From Amoebidium appalachense (lineage: Eukaryota > Protista > Ichthyosporea), in contig CAVNZM010000001.1 of NCBI GenBank assembly GCA_963693365.1, positions 13,192,418 through 13,256,417 on the forward strand: 64,000 bases of DNA, given 5' to 3'. The notes below the pieces were generated by a model, which saw nothing but the letters and a program-made list of their open reading frames with translations, made no database searches and was not told the DNA's origin. Shown here piece after piece: positions 12,449 to 24,097 of the stretch; the first letter of the stretch is position 1; each line of letters starts with the position of its first letter. The translations under genes were made by a program, and so were the position numbers.

Positions 12449-13248
12449 CCCCCCCTTACACACACACCGTGTGCACACCGTGTGTATACACGCACATACA
12501 CACCCGTGCCTACGTAGATACATGGGACCCGGTGGTATGTATGCCAGAATCGCATTCCGGACCCTCGGGGCTCTCCCTCTTGAGCCCCCTTCCATAAGGC
12601 CCTGCCGTGCGCAGGCCTGAGGGGGGGGGGGGGAGAGGGGGGGGGGGGGGGGGGGGGGGGGACTCCCGGGCCCGGGGAAAAGGAGGAAACGAACAGTGTA
12701 CAATTCACGTGGCCACCCACCCATATCCCATCCCCATCGATATCATAGCACCCGGCGTGGCCTCGACCCACACAGGAATGCTAAACAAGGCTTCCCTGCA
12801 GGAAGAAGGGGGGGTGGGGAGGGGGGGGGGGGGGGGGAGGGGAGGGGGGGGGAGGAGGGGGGGGGGAGGGGGGTTTGGCCAAACTCTTCCTCGGATTACT
12901 GTGTGGCACAGCCCCGGCGGTGGGCTACCAGCTAAGCTCTCGAGCTTCAGCAGGCCTTTCTGGAGATCCTGACGTCACTGAGCCACATCTAGGAGGACTT
13001 TGGTATGTGGCTCAGCTGGTGACTCGCAGTCGCCAAAGCCTTCCAAAAAACCGGCCAGGAAAGCTACATAGCCTACAAGCTAGTTAAACGGAACTACTGC
13101 AATGCAAGGTATGGACCGTAGGAATAGAATCGAGTGAGGTACAGAGTCTTGGGCGGCACACAGAAGGTTTGGCCATGGCATGCATGTAGCCGGCTGTGGA
13201 GAGCAGGGAACCCTTTGCCCAGAGAAAGAGCGATGGTCATGTATTTGC

Positions 13249-13289
<41 letters not shown>

Positions 13290-13353
13290 GTTCCCGTGCA
13301 AGGACGATGACATTCAACGACGAGAATTCAAAGCTTCCCAAGCCCACATTTTC

Positions 13354-13548
13354 GTCTTGTCGAGGGCACTGAACTCATAGATAGCACCTAAACTAGTGTA
13401 CTGTACGTCGGTGCTGTGTGGTAGTCTAAGACGGTAGTTTCCCTAGAGGGCCTGAAAAGGCCCTCCGGGAACAAAACGTGATAAAATAAAATAAAAAACA
13501 AAAAATAAAGATAAAAATAATAAAAAATATAAGAAAGTCTTGTCGAGG
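13354..13548 (+). mobile_element. Short retroposed insert (SINE or 5'-truncated LINE end) with 12-bp TSD
   Basis: GTCTTGTCGAGG direct repeat at 13354-13365 and 13537-13548. The 171-bp insert has a GAGGGCCT-GAAA-AGGCCCTC hairpin followed by a ~55-nt A-rich tail. Confidence 0.8.
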
Positions 13549-13599
13549 CCATACTGTAGTCTAAGGTCTCGTAGGACAGCTACAAGGATGGAGGGGTGC

Positions 13600-15850
13600 T
13601 CTTATGTGCACGTGACTACACGATAACTTGAAGTGCTTGTGGAGCAACAGGTCGATTGTGTGGAGAAACCATGCAGGCAAAGTGGTCATGAGACGTTACC
13701 ACGTTATCTAGTTTGAGCGCGGGGTTTGCATCAAAGTTTGTAGTAGCTGCTGTTCTTGCTTGTTATATGTGGGGAGCAACTCAGCTCCATGTTCAGAGCA
13801 CCTAGATATATCTAATCAACCAAAATGACATAGACTCTCTAGTATGTGACGGATCAAAGGGATTTTACCGAAAAATTTGACCTAAAGTTTTTTAAAAGTT
13901 TTTTCATGTTTTTTTGTGATCGCTTGAGCAGATCAAACTGTTTTGCTGGTATCTCAGTGTACCTGTGCAGGGGGTATAACAACACACTAACTGTGAAAAC
14001 TTGGTGCATTTTGGTTGAACGGTTCCCAAGTTTTTACATTTTTGATTTTTTGAAACGTGCATAACGTTATGCTCAAACCTGCATAACGTTATACAATGTT
14101 ACTTAGTAAATGTAAATTTGCCTCAAAAAATTCGTTTAAGTATTCAGCATAACATTCTGCAGTATGCGCTGTAGTGCATGTTGCAATGAACATGATGTCG
14201 GAGATCGTCAACCAGTTTGGCAGGCAAAAGCCACCCACCATATTGCCCAGCCACAAGGTTAGGGCAAGCATGACCTCAACGTGATGCATTCGAAATACAC
14301 ATGTTCAGCCCCAGGCCAGGTAACTATTTGAAAGGCCGTACTGGTAACGAGCTCAAAATAACAATCTTCTTCGTTGCTCCCATGGTATAACTGTCGGAAC
14401 CAGTCCCACCGATGTGCAAGAAAAGTGCTGACTTACGGCAAAAGTCCCTACTATTCTCGCCTGACTAGCAGAGTGTACACACAACAACTAACACGTACCT
14501 GGGCACACATGCATATGAATGAGAGTATACGTGGGTGATCAGGCCACTAAACTAACAGACATAAACACGTGCAGAGTGGTGCTGGGCAATGCACGATGCC
14601 ACATCACTAACAGAGAGGGTAGTGTGGAGAGGTAGAAACACAGTTGCATGTTCTGTCAATCTACGTCTAATTTATTATGCTCGATTCTCACCTATTTATC
14701 TGCCGCAGGCAGATTCCATGAATACAGATCTATCCAAAGGTATTTGCGCATCTGATTGGCAAATACTATGAATACTATAAATCTGACCAATCATATAACG
14801 ACACGTACATGAACGGAATTTCGGAAATCAAACTGCATTCCCCTCATACGATCCAACCGCAGACAAAACACCCGACTACACAGAAAACATGAAACTTTAT
14901 GCACAACGTTAACAATCGTCGGATGCGTGCTTTCCTCTGGCTATCGCCAATAGCTAAACAAACTATGAATACCACACGTGCCTAATGAATAACAGAGGGC
15001 AAACAAGAGCATGCCGGACATGCTTATGAAATAAAGGGAGATAAAGCACAAATAAACGATCGTACCTAACTATGACATTGTATGCTATGTGCTCGTGCAA
15101 CCTGTGTAAACCAAAGATGTGCAACTAATGAAGAATCGTGCTGTGCACGTGCGTGCGAAATGCATATGCCAACTCGTGCACTTTTGTTGTATATTCTGGC
15201 ACGATGTGGGTTACATAGGGTATACGAGTCTTCCAACTGGAGCCACACCGGTACCCGTGCACCTGAGTCAATTGCAAAGGAGCAAATGCCTTCAGTTGTA
15301 TCATGCATTTTTTAATTCAGATGGTCTAGTTGACAGTGTTGTCGTACAGGAAGCTTCTATTTGCCTCAAACATGGTCAATCCCACACTGAGTCTCTCCTT
15401 CCACTACAGCACTTCACGAGATAAAAATCATCCCTATGGACAAGCGGACGTGCACATGACATTGTTCAGACAACGGTGAATCTTGCCAACGTTCTGGGCC
15501 CACACCAACGTATACAGGCTTTCGACTACCACCATCTCAGTTTTTCGGACTGACCAGGTTATAATCGTTCGTCTTCCATCGTTGGGTCACTTGCGGAGCC
15601 TGTAGAAAAGTTTAATGGCCCTGGTAGAACTTGAAGAGGGGCTGGCCTGTGGCATAGGTGAAGATGCTGACGGGAAGCTGGACCAGGGGACGAGCTCGCC
15701 GTTGACCCAGAGCCAGATACCCACCGACACGGCCAAAAGGTCCAGAAAAACGACGTAAAACGGGTATGAATTGGTCATGACAGATCAGCTGTAGCGGCGG
15801 TTGGATTCTAAAGATGTCACGCAACTCCAGATGGCCAACACAACGTCATG
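13600..15850 (-). pseudogene. Possible decayed DNA-transposon coding relic (KDZ/CxC-like?)
   Basis: Microsatellite-free block with stop- and frameshift-broken minus-strand peptides (IHRCLNNVMC, FLSREVL*W, KAFAPLQLTQVHGYRCG, GNMVGGFCLP..TAECYAEYLNEFF, VVTSHDHFACMVSPH) loosely resembling CxC/KDZ transposase motifs. Recognition is by eye only. Confidence 0.25.
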
Positions 15851-16561
15851 ATCATGTTCAGCTCAGTATTTAGGAAACTCGAAGCTCTTCGTTTTTAATA
15901 GTGCTGTTTTGTGCATATAGTTTTTTTTTCAAACGAAGATGTTTTAACTTTAAAACTCCATAAATATTAAGTTAACTAAGGTATAAACCTATACAAGTAG
16001 TTGGTTGAAAAGATTAGTTTACGATTCCACTTGCCACGTGCGTACGTGTGGCGGTGCGTGTGCGCGCGTACGGCGATGCGTCATGCCCCCGCAGCCAGGC
16101 TTCGAAAATATAAAATCGATTCAATGGAGCGTTTACCCAAATATGGAAAATCCGATCGATTCGAATTGCACATTTCTCGATGTGTAATGAATATGTAAAT
16201 ATTTTTTTTCACATATGTAAGTGTTGATACTCTTTTATCAGAGGCTATTTTATCAATATCTTTTTATATTATGGTCGGATGCCAAAAAATTGTATACAAA
16301 GTGTACATAAAAGATATCCTAACCGAGATTGGGCCCATATCGTCATGGGGAACTCACTAGATCGTTTATATCTCAGTTAGTAAATACTCGGCGAATTAAG
16401 ACAACCAATGCCGTTCTCTAAATATCTAAAAGTCTACTCGATTCGCGTAGAGCAGTTTAGAAATTGAAATTATCTAGATCGTAGATCGCAATTCTATTGA
16501 ATAAGAAATATTTAGGCGAGTTCCAAGGACCAATCGTCTCATCCTAGACATCTGGAAGACC

Positions 16562-16596
<35 letters not shown>

Positions 16597-16834
16597 TTCC
16601 AGATGCGCCCATCTGGAAGAGCGTCAAAATTAATCTAGATTTTATGCAAACTTTAAAAAATTTAACAGATTGATCGGATCGCGGAAGTTTTATACGTAAA
16701 TTCAACAATCTAGTAGATATTTAGAAATTTAGATCAACGCGAAGCGGCTCAGTGTACGTGTGTGGGGTGACCGAATCAAATGGAACTTTCGGTGGTGCGC
16801 GCCGCGCGCAGCCGGCATGCATGGCCGTGGGAAC

Positions 16835-16888
16835 ATTTATCTCAAGGCCTCCTAAATAGCACTCCATTTTGGAGGCCTTGATTTATCT
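16835..16888. mobile_element. 38-bp hAT-type mini-element (16843-16880) with 8-bp TSD
   Basis: ATTTATCT|CAAGGCCTCC-TAAATAGCACTCCATTTT-GGAGGCCTTG|ATTTATCT: perfect 10-bp TIR (14/15 extended) beginning CA, and an exact 8-bp direct repeat. Confidence 0.7.
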
Positions 16889-17163
16889 TCAGAGACGTCT
16901 CCATCTCAGTCAGACTTGTCTGCAGGTGTTGAACTTGTTGCTGGTGGTGTGTGCATTGCTTGTGCTTGTGAATAATCTAGGCCATGCTTGTGGGTACTAC
17001 TAAGAAATAAGTAGCCAAGTGCCTTTATTACCTGTAGCTTGAAGCTTACGGGCGTGTGTAGGCGTGATAACCAGCTGATCCCTTTAGCTGGCAAGGACGT
17101 AGTGACACTCCAGATGCAAAGGAGCAGTGACGTGGGGCTGTTGGCGTAACAAAACATTACACC

Positions 17164-17528
17164 ATGGCGCCAAGGGCAGGAAGACGGGCACCGGATCGAA
17201 AGAAGGCCACTAGTAAGCCTAGTAAAGAGCCCTCTCTGGAGGATCTGCCCGACAACGCAGCTGCTGAGGTGCAGGAGGATGCATTTGAGATCCGACTTGG
17301 ATACATGGTACGCGTGTGTAGCTGCAGATGTGACTCGCAATGGCGCTTTGATGACCATCTTTCTTTCGTTCAGTTTTCGTGTGTGTAGTTTGCACAGAGG
17401 AGTGCATGTATGTTTGTGCTGGTGTCGTTTTGTGGTTGGGAAGGCGGGGGGATCGGGGAGGAGGGAGCTGTGTGTGCTTGTCGACATGTCAGTGCCCATG
17501 TAATGGGTGAGTCCGGACACTCCGATGT

Positions 17529-17592
<64 letters not shown>

Positions 17593-19786
17593 CCACAGAT
17601 CTAATAAGTAAAACAAGTGGGGCCACTAACCTTGAGCTTTTCCAATTCCAGGAGCCCCAAGTGGATCTGAAGCTTGAAAAGATAACCGTGGCATACCCTG
17701 GAAACGTGTTGCTCAAGGATCAGAAACTGACCCTGGTAGGAAATGGATGACGCTTTGTGGGGGTGGGGGTGTATGGAAGAAGGGGGGGGCAGGGAGTTGG
17801 GGGGGGGGGGGAGGGGGGGGGGGGGGAGAAGAAGGGGGCTTGTGAGGTGATATGGGGGAGGACCTGGAGGGAGACGGGGAGATTATGAATGGAAGATTTG
17901 GGGGAAGGGTGACTGAAACAAGGTTATTCCAATGAAGGTGGTCCGGGTCAAATTAGTTGTCATAAGAATACCAGGAGAGAGTCACCGGTTTTTCTCACTA
18001 GCAATCAAGAAGAGGACGAGACGTTGCCTGAAAATAGCTATTGTTTGTCTTCAAAAAAATCTCTTCAAAGTTTTTTGTGTCGTAGGTGTGGTTAGTTCTC
18101 ACCTGCCAAGTCAGGGCACACCTTGGGGCTCAACCAGCACCCCTGCAGGTGTATGGGCGGCGCTATGGCTTGGTGGGACGAAACGGCACGGGCAAGTCGT
18201 CACTGCTCAAGTGCATAGCTCAGAGAGAGGTGGAGGGTCTGCCTGACGATCTGGACATACACTTTGTCGACAGGCCGGTATGTGTGTGTGGGTGTTGGGG
18301 GGGGGGGGGTGTTCCCTTGCGCGCGCGCATGTGTCGCGCGCGCGCGCATGTGTGTGTGTGCGTGTGTGTGGGTGGGTGGGGCAGGGGGGGGGGGGGGGGG
18401 GGGGGGGGGGGATGATTTGTACAGGCAGAAGTTACCCGGCAAGGCAAATTTTCTTGGGAACGTGAGGGGGAAAAGGGTCGGATGGGGTTGGGCTTCCAGG
18501 CGGGGGGGGGGGGGGGGGGGGTGGAAGGTGGGGAGAGGGGGGGGGGGGGGGGGGGGGGGCGAAAAAAGTGCATTTCGAAGCAGCGCTGTGGCCTAGCTAC
18601 TTGTGCTTCTGCCTGGCATGGCACGTGCTGTGTTCTGGCTCTCTGCATACTTGTGTTGTGCAACTGCACATCTTGACCCTGCCAGCCTCCCCCCCCCCCC
18701 CCCCCTCCATCCCCCTCCTCCCAGTACCGTCGTTGTGCCTTTCAAAGGACCCCCCCCCCCCCCTCCCCCCGCGCACACACTCCCTTTCCTTCCTCGACCC
18801 CTTTTAGACCCACGAAAACTTTGACATACACCTTATCCTCTTCCCCCCCCCCCCCCCCCCCCCCCCCTCCCTCCCCCCCTCTCGTCCCTCCCCCTCCCCA
18901 TGCCCCCCCGTCCTCATCCCCCCCCCCCCCCCCCCCCCCCCCCAGGGAAAAAAAAAAAAAGAAAAAGGAGAAGAAGAAGAAGAAAGAAAGAAACAAAAGA
19001 AAGGAACAAAGGGGGAAAGAGAGAGAGAAAACAATAACGGTACTTAATTGAATATATAGATCATTAACATGATTCAAAAAAATTTTAAAAAAAGTTCTCC
19101 CCTGCCCCCTCCCCTCCCCTTCCCCCCTCCCCCCCCCCCGTCTCCTCCCCCCTCCGCCCCCTTTTTCATATGGTCAACAAAGCTCACGGTTTGTCTCCTT
19201 CCCTACGTGCCCGTGCAGACACCGCCCAGCAGCAAGACGGTGCTACAGGTGGTGCTGGAGAGCGACTGGGAGCTGCAACTGTTGAAGACGGAGGAGGACA
19301 GGCTATGTGCACTGGTGCGTGCTTTAAGTCAATTTCACCATATTTGGATGGCATGTGCTATAACTCAATTCACCATATATGGATACGTGTGCTATGTATG
19401 GACGGGTCGTGAATAGCAGGGGGCATTTTGGGAGAGGTTGCGGGCCAGAGCGTTTTCTAGTGATGAGTGCTAGTGTAGGGGGTCACTGTGTTTCCTGGAT
19501 GTGTGTGTGGAGCGGAGGTGCTAAGGGGGGGGGGGGATGGGTAAAGGGTGGTCTGGGATGTTGGAGCCAATAGCGCATGCATGTGTGTGGTCATGCCACA
19601 CACATGCCCTGCACGTGACCATCCACAACATTGCCCAGCCCCCCTTATCAAACCTCCCCAATACATCCTATAAATCATCCCCCCCCCCCCCCTCTCCCCC
19701 CCCCCCCCCCCCTCCTCCCCTCTCCCTTCTGGGTCACAGTCACAGATCATAGTGAGTCCTAGTTTTGTGCAGTCCATGCCCCTGCA

Positions 19787-19830
<44 letters not shown>

Positions 19831-20506
19831 ACCCCCCCAACCTTAAAAAAAAAAAAAAAAACTGATATTGAGTGTTTTATCAGGATGATCCCAGCCAGCA
19901 CGACCTAGACCGACTGGACAAGGTGTACCAGCGCCAGGAGGAGATCCGCGCAGACTCGGCTGAGAGCAGGTGGGCGTGTGGATGGGTGGGTGTATGGGTG
20001 GGTGGGCAGGGCTGTATGAAGCCACAGCCGCCTGACTTTTCCATTCCTCATACATATGCTCGTCCATGGGTCCATGACCTCCCCACCCCCTATCATCCCT
20101 CACGCTTTCAATCATCTCCACATCCAACCCCCCACATAATGCTTCCCCCCTCATATCCCTCCCCCCTGCTCCCCCCCTTTTTTTCCCCATCCCTTTACAG
20201 GGCATGCTCTGTGCTATCCGGCCTGGAGTTCCCCCCGGCCATGCTGCATCAGGCCGTGGAGGAACTGAGCGGTGGCTGGCGCATGCGACTGGCGCTGGCC
20301 ACTGCTCTGTTTCGCCGCCCGGCACTGCTGTTGCTAGACCAGCCCACAAACCATCTGGACCTGCACTCGACCATATGGTTGCAGGTATAGACAGGGAGGG
20401 GGGGGGGGGGGGGGGGGGGGGGGGAGGATGGGGACGAGGGGGGGAGGGGGGAAGATGAGAGGGGAGAAAGAGCCGAAAGGATGCTTGGAAGAAAGGGGTT
20501 AAAGGA

Positions 20507-20541
<35 letters not shown>

Positions 20542-23244
20542 ACGGAGAGATGGAAGGGTTTCGGTGGAGGGATATGGGGAGCTGCGTGGGAAGTGTACAT
20601 GTACGCGCATGAGTGTGGGTTTATAACGTGCCCTCCCCTACCCCCCCCCCCCCCCCCCCTCCCCCCTCCCCCCCCCCCAAAAAAAAAAAAAAAAAGAAAA
20701 ACAGAGGAAAGTGCACCCAGCTTTCCAATGATATCGCTAAACCCCTTCCTCGCCCCTCCCACTGACCATCCCTCCCCACCCCCCCCACCACCCCCCACCC
20801 CATCTCCCTCCTCTCCCCCTCTCTCCCTCCCTCCCTCCCCTCCCTCTCCCCCTTCTTCCCTCCTCTCCTCCCTACCTCTCTCCCTCCCTCCCCCCTCTTT
20901 CTCTGCGCAGGAGTACCTTGCCTGCTACCCCAAGACACTGGTTGTTGTGTCGCACATGGAGGATTTGCTGCTCACTGTGTGCACAAACATCGTCCACATC
21001 AATGCCGGCTCCCTGCTCGAATACTCGGTAAGTGGGTGAATGGGGGCGTACCGAGGGTTGTTGAGGGGTTGGGCGTGTGTGGCTGTGTCTCTGTGTGAAT
21101 GTGTGGATGTGTGCGTGTGTGGCTGTGTCGCTGTGTGAATGTGTGGATGTGTGCGTGTGTGGCTGTGTCGCTGTGTGAATGTGTGGATGTGTGCGTGTGT
21201 GGCTGTGTCGCTGTGTGAATGTGTGAATGTGTGCGTGTGTGGCTGTGTCGCTGTGTGGATGTGTGGATGTGTGCGTGTGTGGCTGTGTCGCTGTGTGAAT
21301 GTGTGGCTGTGTCGCTGTGTGGATGTGTGGATGTGTGCGTGTGTGGCTGTGTCGCTGTGTGAATGTGTGGATGTGTGCGTGTGTGGCTGTGTCGCTGTGT
21401 GAATGTGTGGCTGTGTCGCTGTGTGGATGTGTGGATGTGTGCGTGTGTGGCTGTGTCGCTGTGTGAATGTGTGGATGTGTGTGTGTGTGGCTGTGTCGTT
21501 GTGTGAATGTGTGGATGTGTGGCTGTGTCGCTGTGTGGATGTGTGCGTGTGTGGCTGTGTCGCTGTGTGAATGTGTGCGTGTGTGGCTGTGTCGCTGTGT
21601 CGCTGTGTGGATGTGTGCGTGTGTGGCTGTGTCGCTGTGTGAATGTGTGGATGTGTGCGTGTGTGGCTGTGTCGCTGTGTGAATGTGTGGATGTGTGCGT
21701 GTGTGGCTGTGTCTCTGTGTGAATGTGTGGATGTGTGCGTGTGTGGCTGTGTCTCTGTGTGAATGTGTGGCTGTGTCTCTGTGTGAATGTGTGGATGTGT
21801 GCGTGTGTGGCTGTGTCTCTGTGTGAATGTGTGGATGTGTGCGTGTGTGGCTGTGTGGCTGTGTCTCTGTGTGAATGTGTGGATGTGTGCGTGGGTGCGT
21901 GGGTGCGTGGGTGCACGTGGGTATTGTGCGTGTGCCAATGTGTGTGTGGTTGCTTTTGTTGGCCCGGTGTTCATGCCTCCCGCACGGACACGTGTGTTCG
22001 TTTTCACGTGTACGTCTTCCGGTCGATGAGTGTGTGTTAGGTGCGTGCATGTGGCTACTACACGTGTCTCCTCCTTTCCAGCAGACTTATTGAAGAAGAA
22101 ATCTTGGGGAAACCAACACTGCTCCACTCTCTCACCCCTTGGTTCCACCCAATCTTGTTGCCATCCAGTTTCCTTTTACACTCACTTCCCTTCACACGTC
22201 CGCTCACCATTTGTGTGGTGTAGTACCGCAGTACCACCATTCCCCCCCCCCCCCCTCCCCCGGCCCCTCCCCCTCCCCCAAATCTCTCCCTCCCCTCCTC
22301 CCGGGTTCTGCTTATGATGCATACCCTTCAAGTGTCCGGATGCAATCTGCTTTGTGTTTTCCGTCGTGAATGTGTTGTGTTATGACACCCCTTTTACCCC
22401 AACATCCCCCCAACCCTCCAACTCCCCCATCCCCCCCCCCCCCCCCCCCCCCCTCCCCCTCCGCCGCTCACACTCTCTGTAAGACTTCGTAAACCCCTGC
22501 ATTTGGGAAAACTCCCGCACCTTCCTGACCACTTATTAATCCCACGTACCCACAGGGAGACTTCTGCACATATCTGAAGGCACGGGCGCAAAGGGAGCGC
22601 AGGCAGCAGAGGGAATACGATGCCCAGCAGAAGAAGATAGCCCAGCTGACGGTGGGTGGGCCTGGTTGCGTCTGGTGCCCTATGGCTGGGGATGGTGGGG
22701 GGGGGGGGGGGGGGGGGGGTGGGGAAGAGAGGGGAAGGGGAGGGGAGGGAGGGGGAGAGGATATATGGGGTAAATGTTTTGAGAATGCAATAGCACGTTG
22801 TAATTTGTGTACGTATGACATGCATGTGTGCGGTTGGGGCAGGCGGGCATACATGCGCATCTACATACACACTACATGTCCTCGAATGTTGTCTCTTTTG
22901 TTCTTTTCTTTTCTTTTCTTCTTTTTTACCTTTATTTTTTTTTTTTATTTTTTTTTTTTTAAAAAAAGAGCGGGGGGGGGGTTGTTTGTAAGGGTGGTTA
23001 GGGTGCTGATGCAGGGGGTGTGTTCAGGACATGATTGAGCGGGGCAGGGAGGCTGGGTGCCCGGCAATGGCCGGCATGATGAGCAGCAGGGCACGCACCC
23101 TGGACAAGATGGTAAGGGGGTGCATGGGGTTTGCATTCTCTCTTTCTTTCTTTCTTTGGTGTCTTTTTTTTTGAGCATGTGTGTTTGTTTGTTTTTCTTT
23201 TGTCTGTGTGTGTGTGAGTGAGTGTGTGGTGGTTGGGGGGGCGG

Positions 23245-23292
<48 letters not shown>

Positions 23293-24042
23293 GGGAGGAA
23301 GGGGTGGGGGTGGGGGGGGGGGGGGGGGGGGAATGGAGAGCGGGGGAGGTGACCTCCAGGAAGGTTGGTGGGCAGGTATTTGTGTAGCCCCTGCCCAATT
23401 TGGTGTGATGTGTGCTGTGGATGCTGCATGCTGATTGGCTGCTGGTCATGCAGGACCTGGTGGACCCTGTGGCTGCTGAGGAGGCCGTGGCATTCTCCTT
23501 TCCGGATTGCGGTGGGTACCAACAGGCACCACCACACACACACACACACACACACTGGCGCGTGCGCACACAGGGATGGGTGTGGTGGTGGTGATGTGGG
23601 GGGAGGAGGAGGGGGGGGCGAGAGAAAGGGAAGGAGAGGTGTGCTGGATGGACACGTTGGTTCACACACCGAAACACTACAGCAGCACGCAAACACCAAA
23701 CACACATGCTGGGGGGGGGGGGGGGGGGGGAGGGGGGGGGGGGGGCAGAATGTGCAAAAAGAGGTTGAAGAATCGACAGGAGCCCCCTCCCCCTACCCTT
23801 CCCTTCCCCTCCCTTCACGTTTGGGTGGCGTCATTTTCCGTTGGCCGATAAGCAGCATTCATTAGTAAACGCCTTCCCATTGGCTGACTGTCATGCACAG
23901 AGGAGCTGCAGCCCCCCATCCTCGACTTCAGTGGGGTGGCGTTTGGCTACAGCCCCGACCGTGTGCTGTACAGAGACCTCAACATCGGCATAGACACACA
24001 CAGCAGAATAGCGCTGGTACGGAAATAGGTGCTAGTTTTTTT

Positions 24043-24097
<55 letters not shown>

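Noticed and set aside
12875-12950. HDV-like ribozyme hints (TTCCTCG loop, AGCCC/GGGCT hairpin, GCTAA)
   Set aside because: Could not identify complementary P1 and P2 strands; the upstream sequence is just a G-run.
12974-13023. Inverted repeat CTGAGCCACAT...ATGTGGCTCAG
   Set aside because: An isolated 11-bp stem with no TSD, second copy or other supporting feature in the window.
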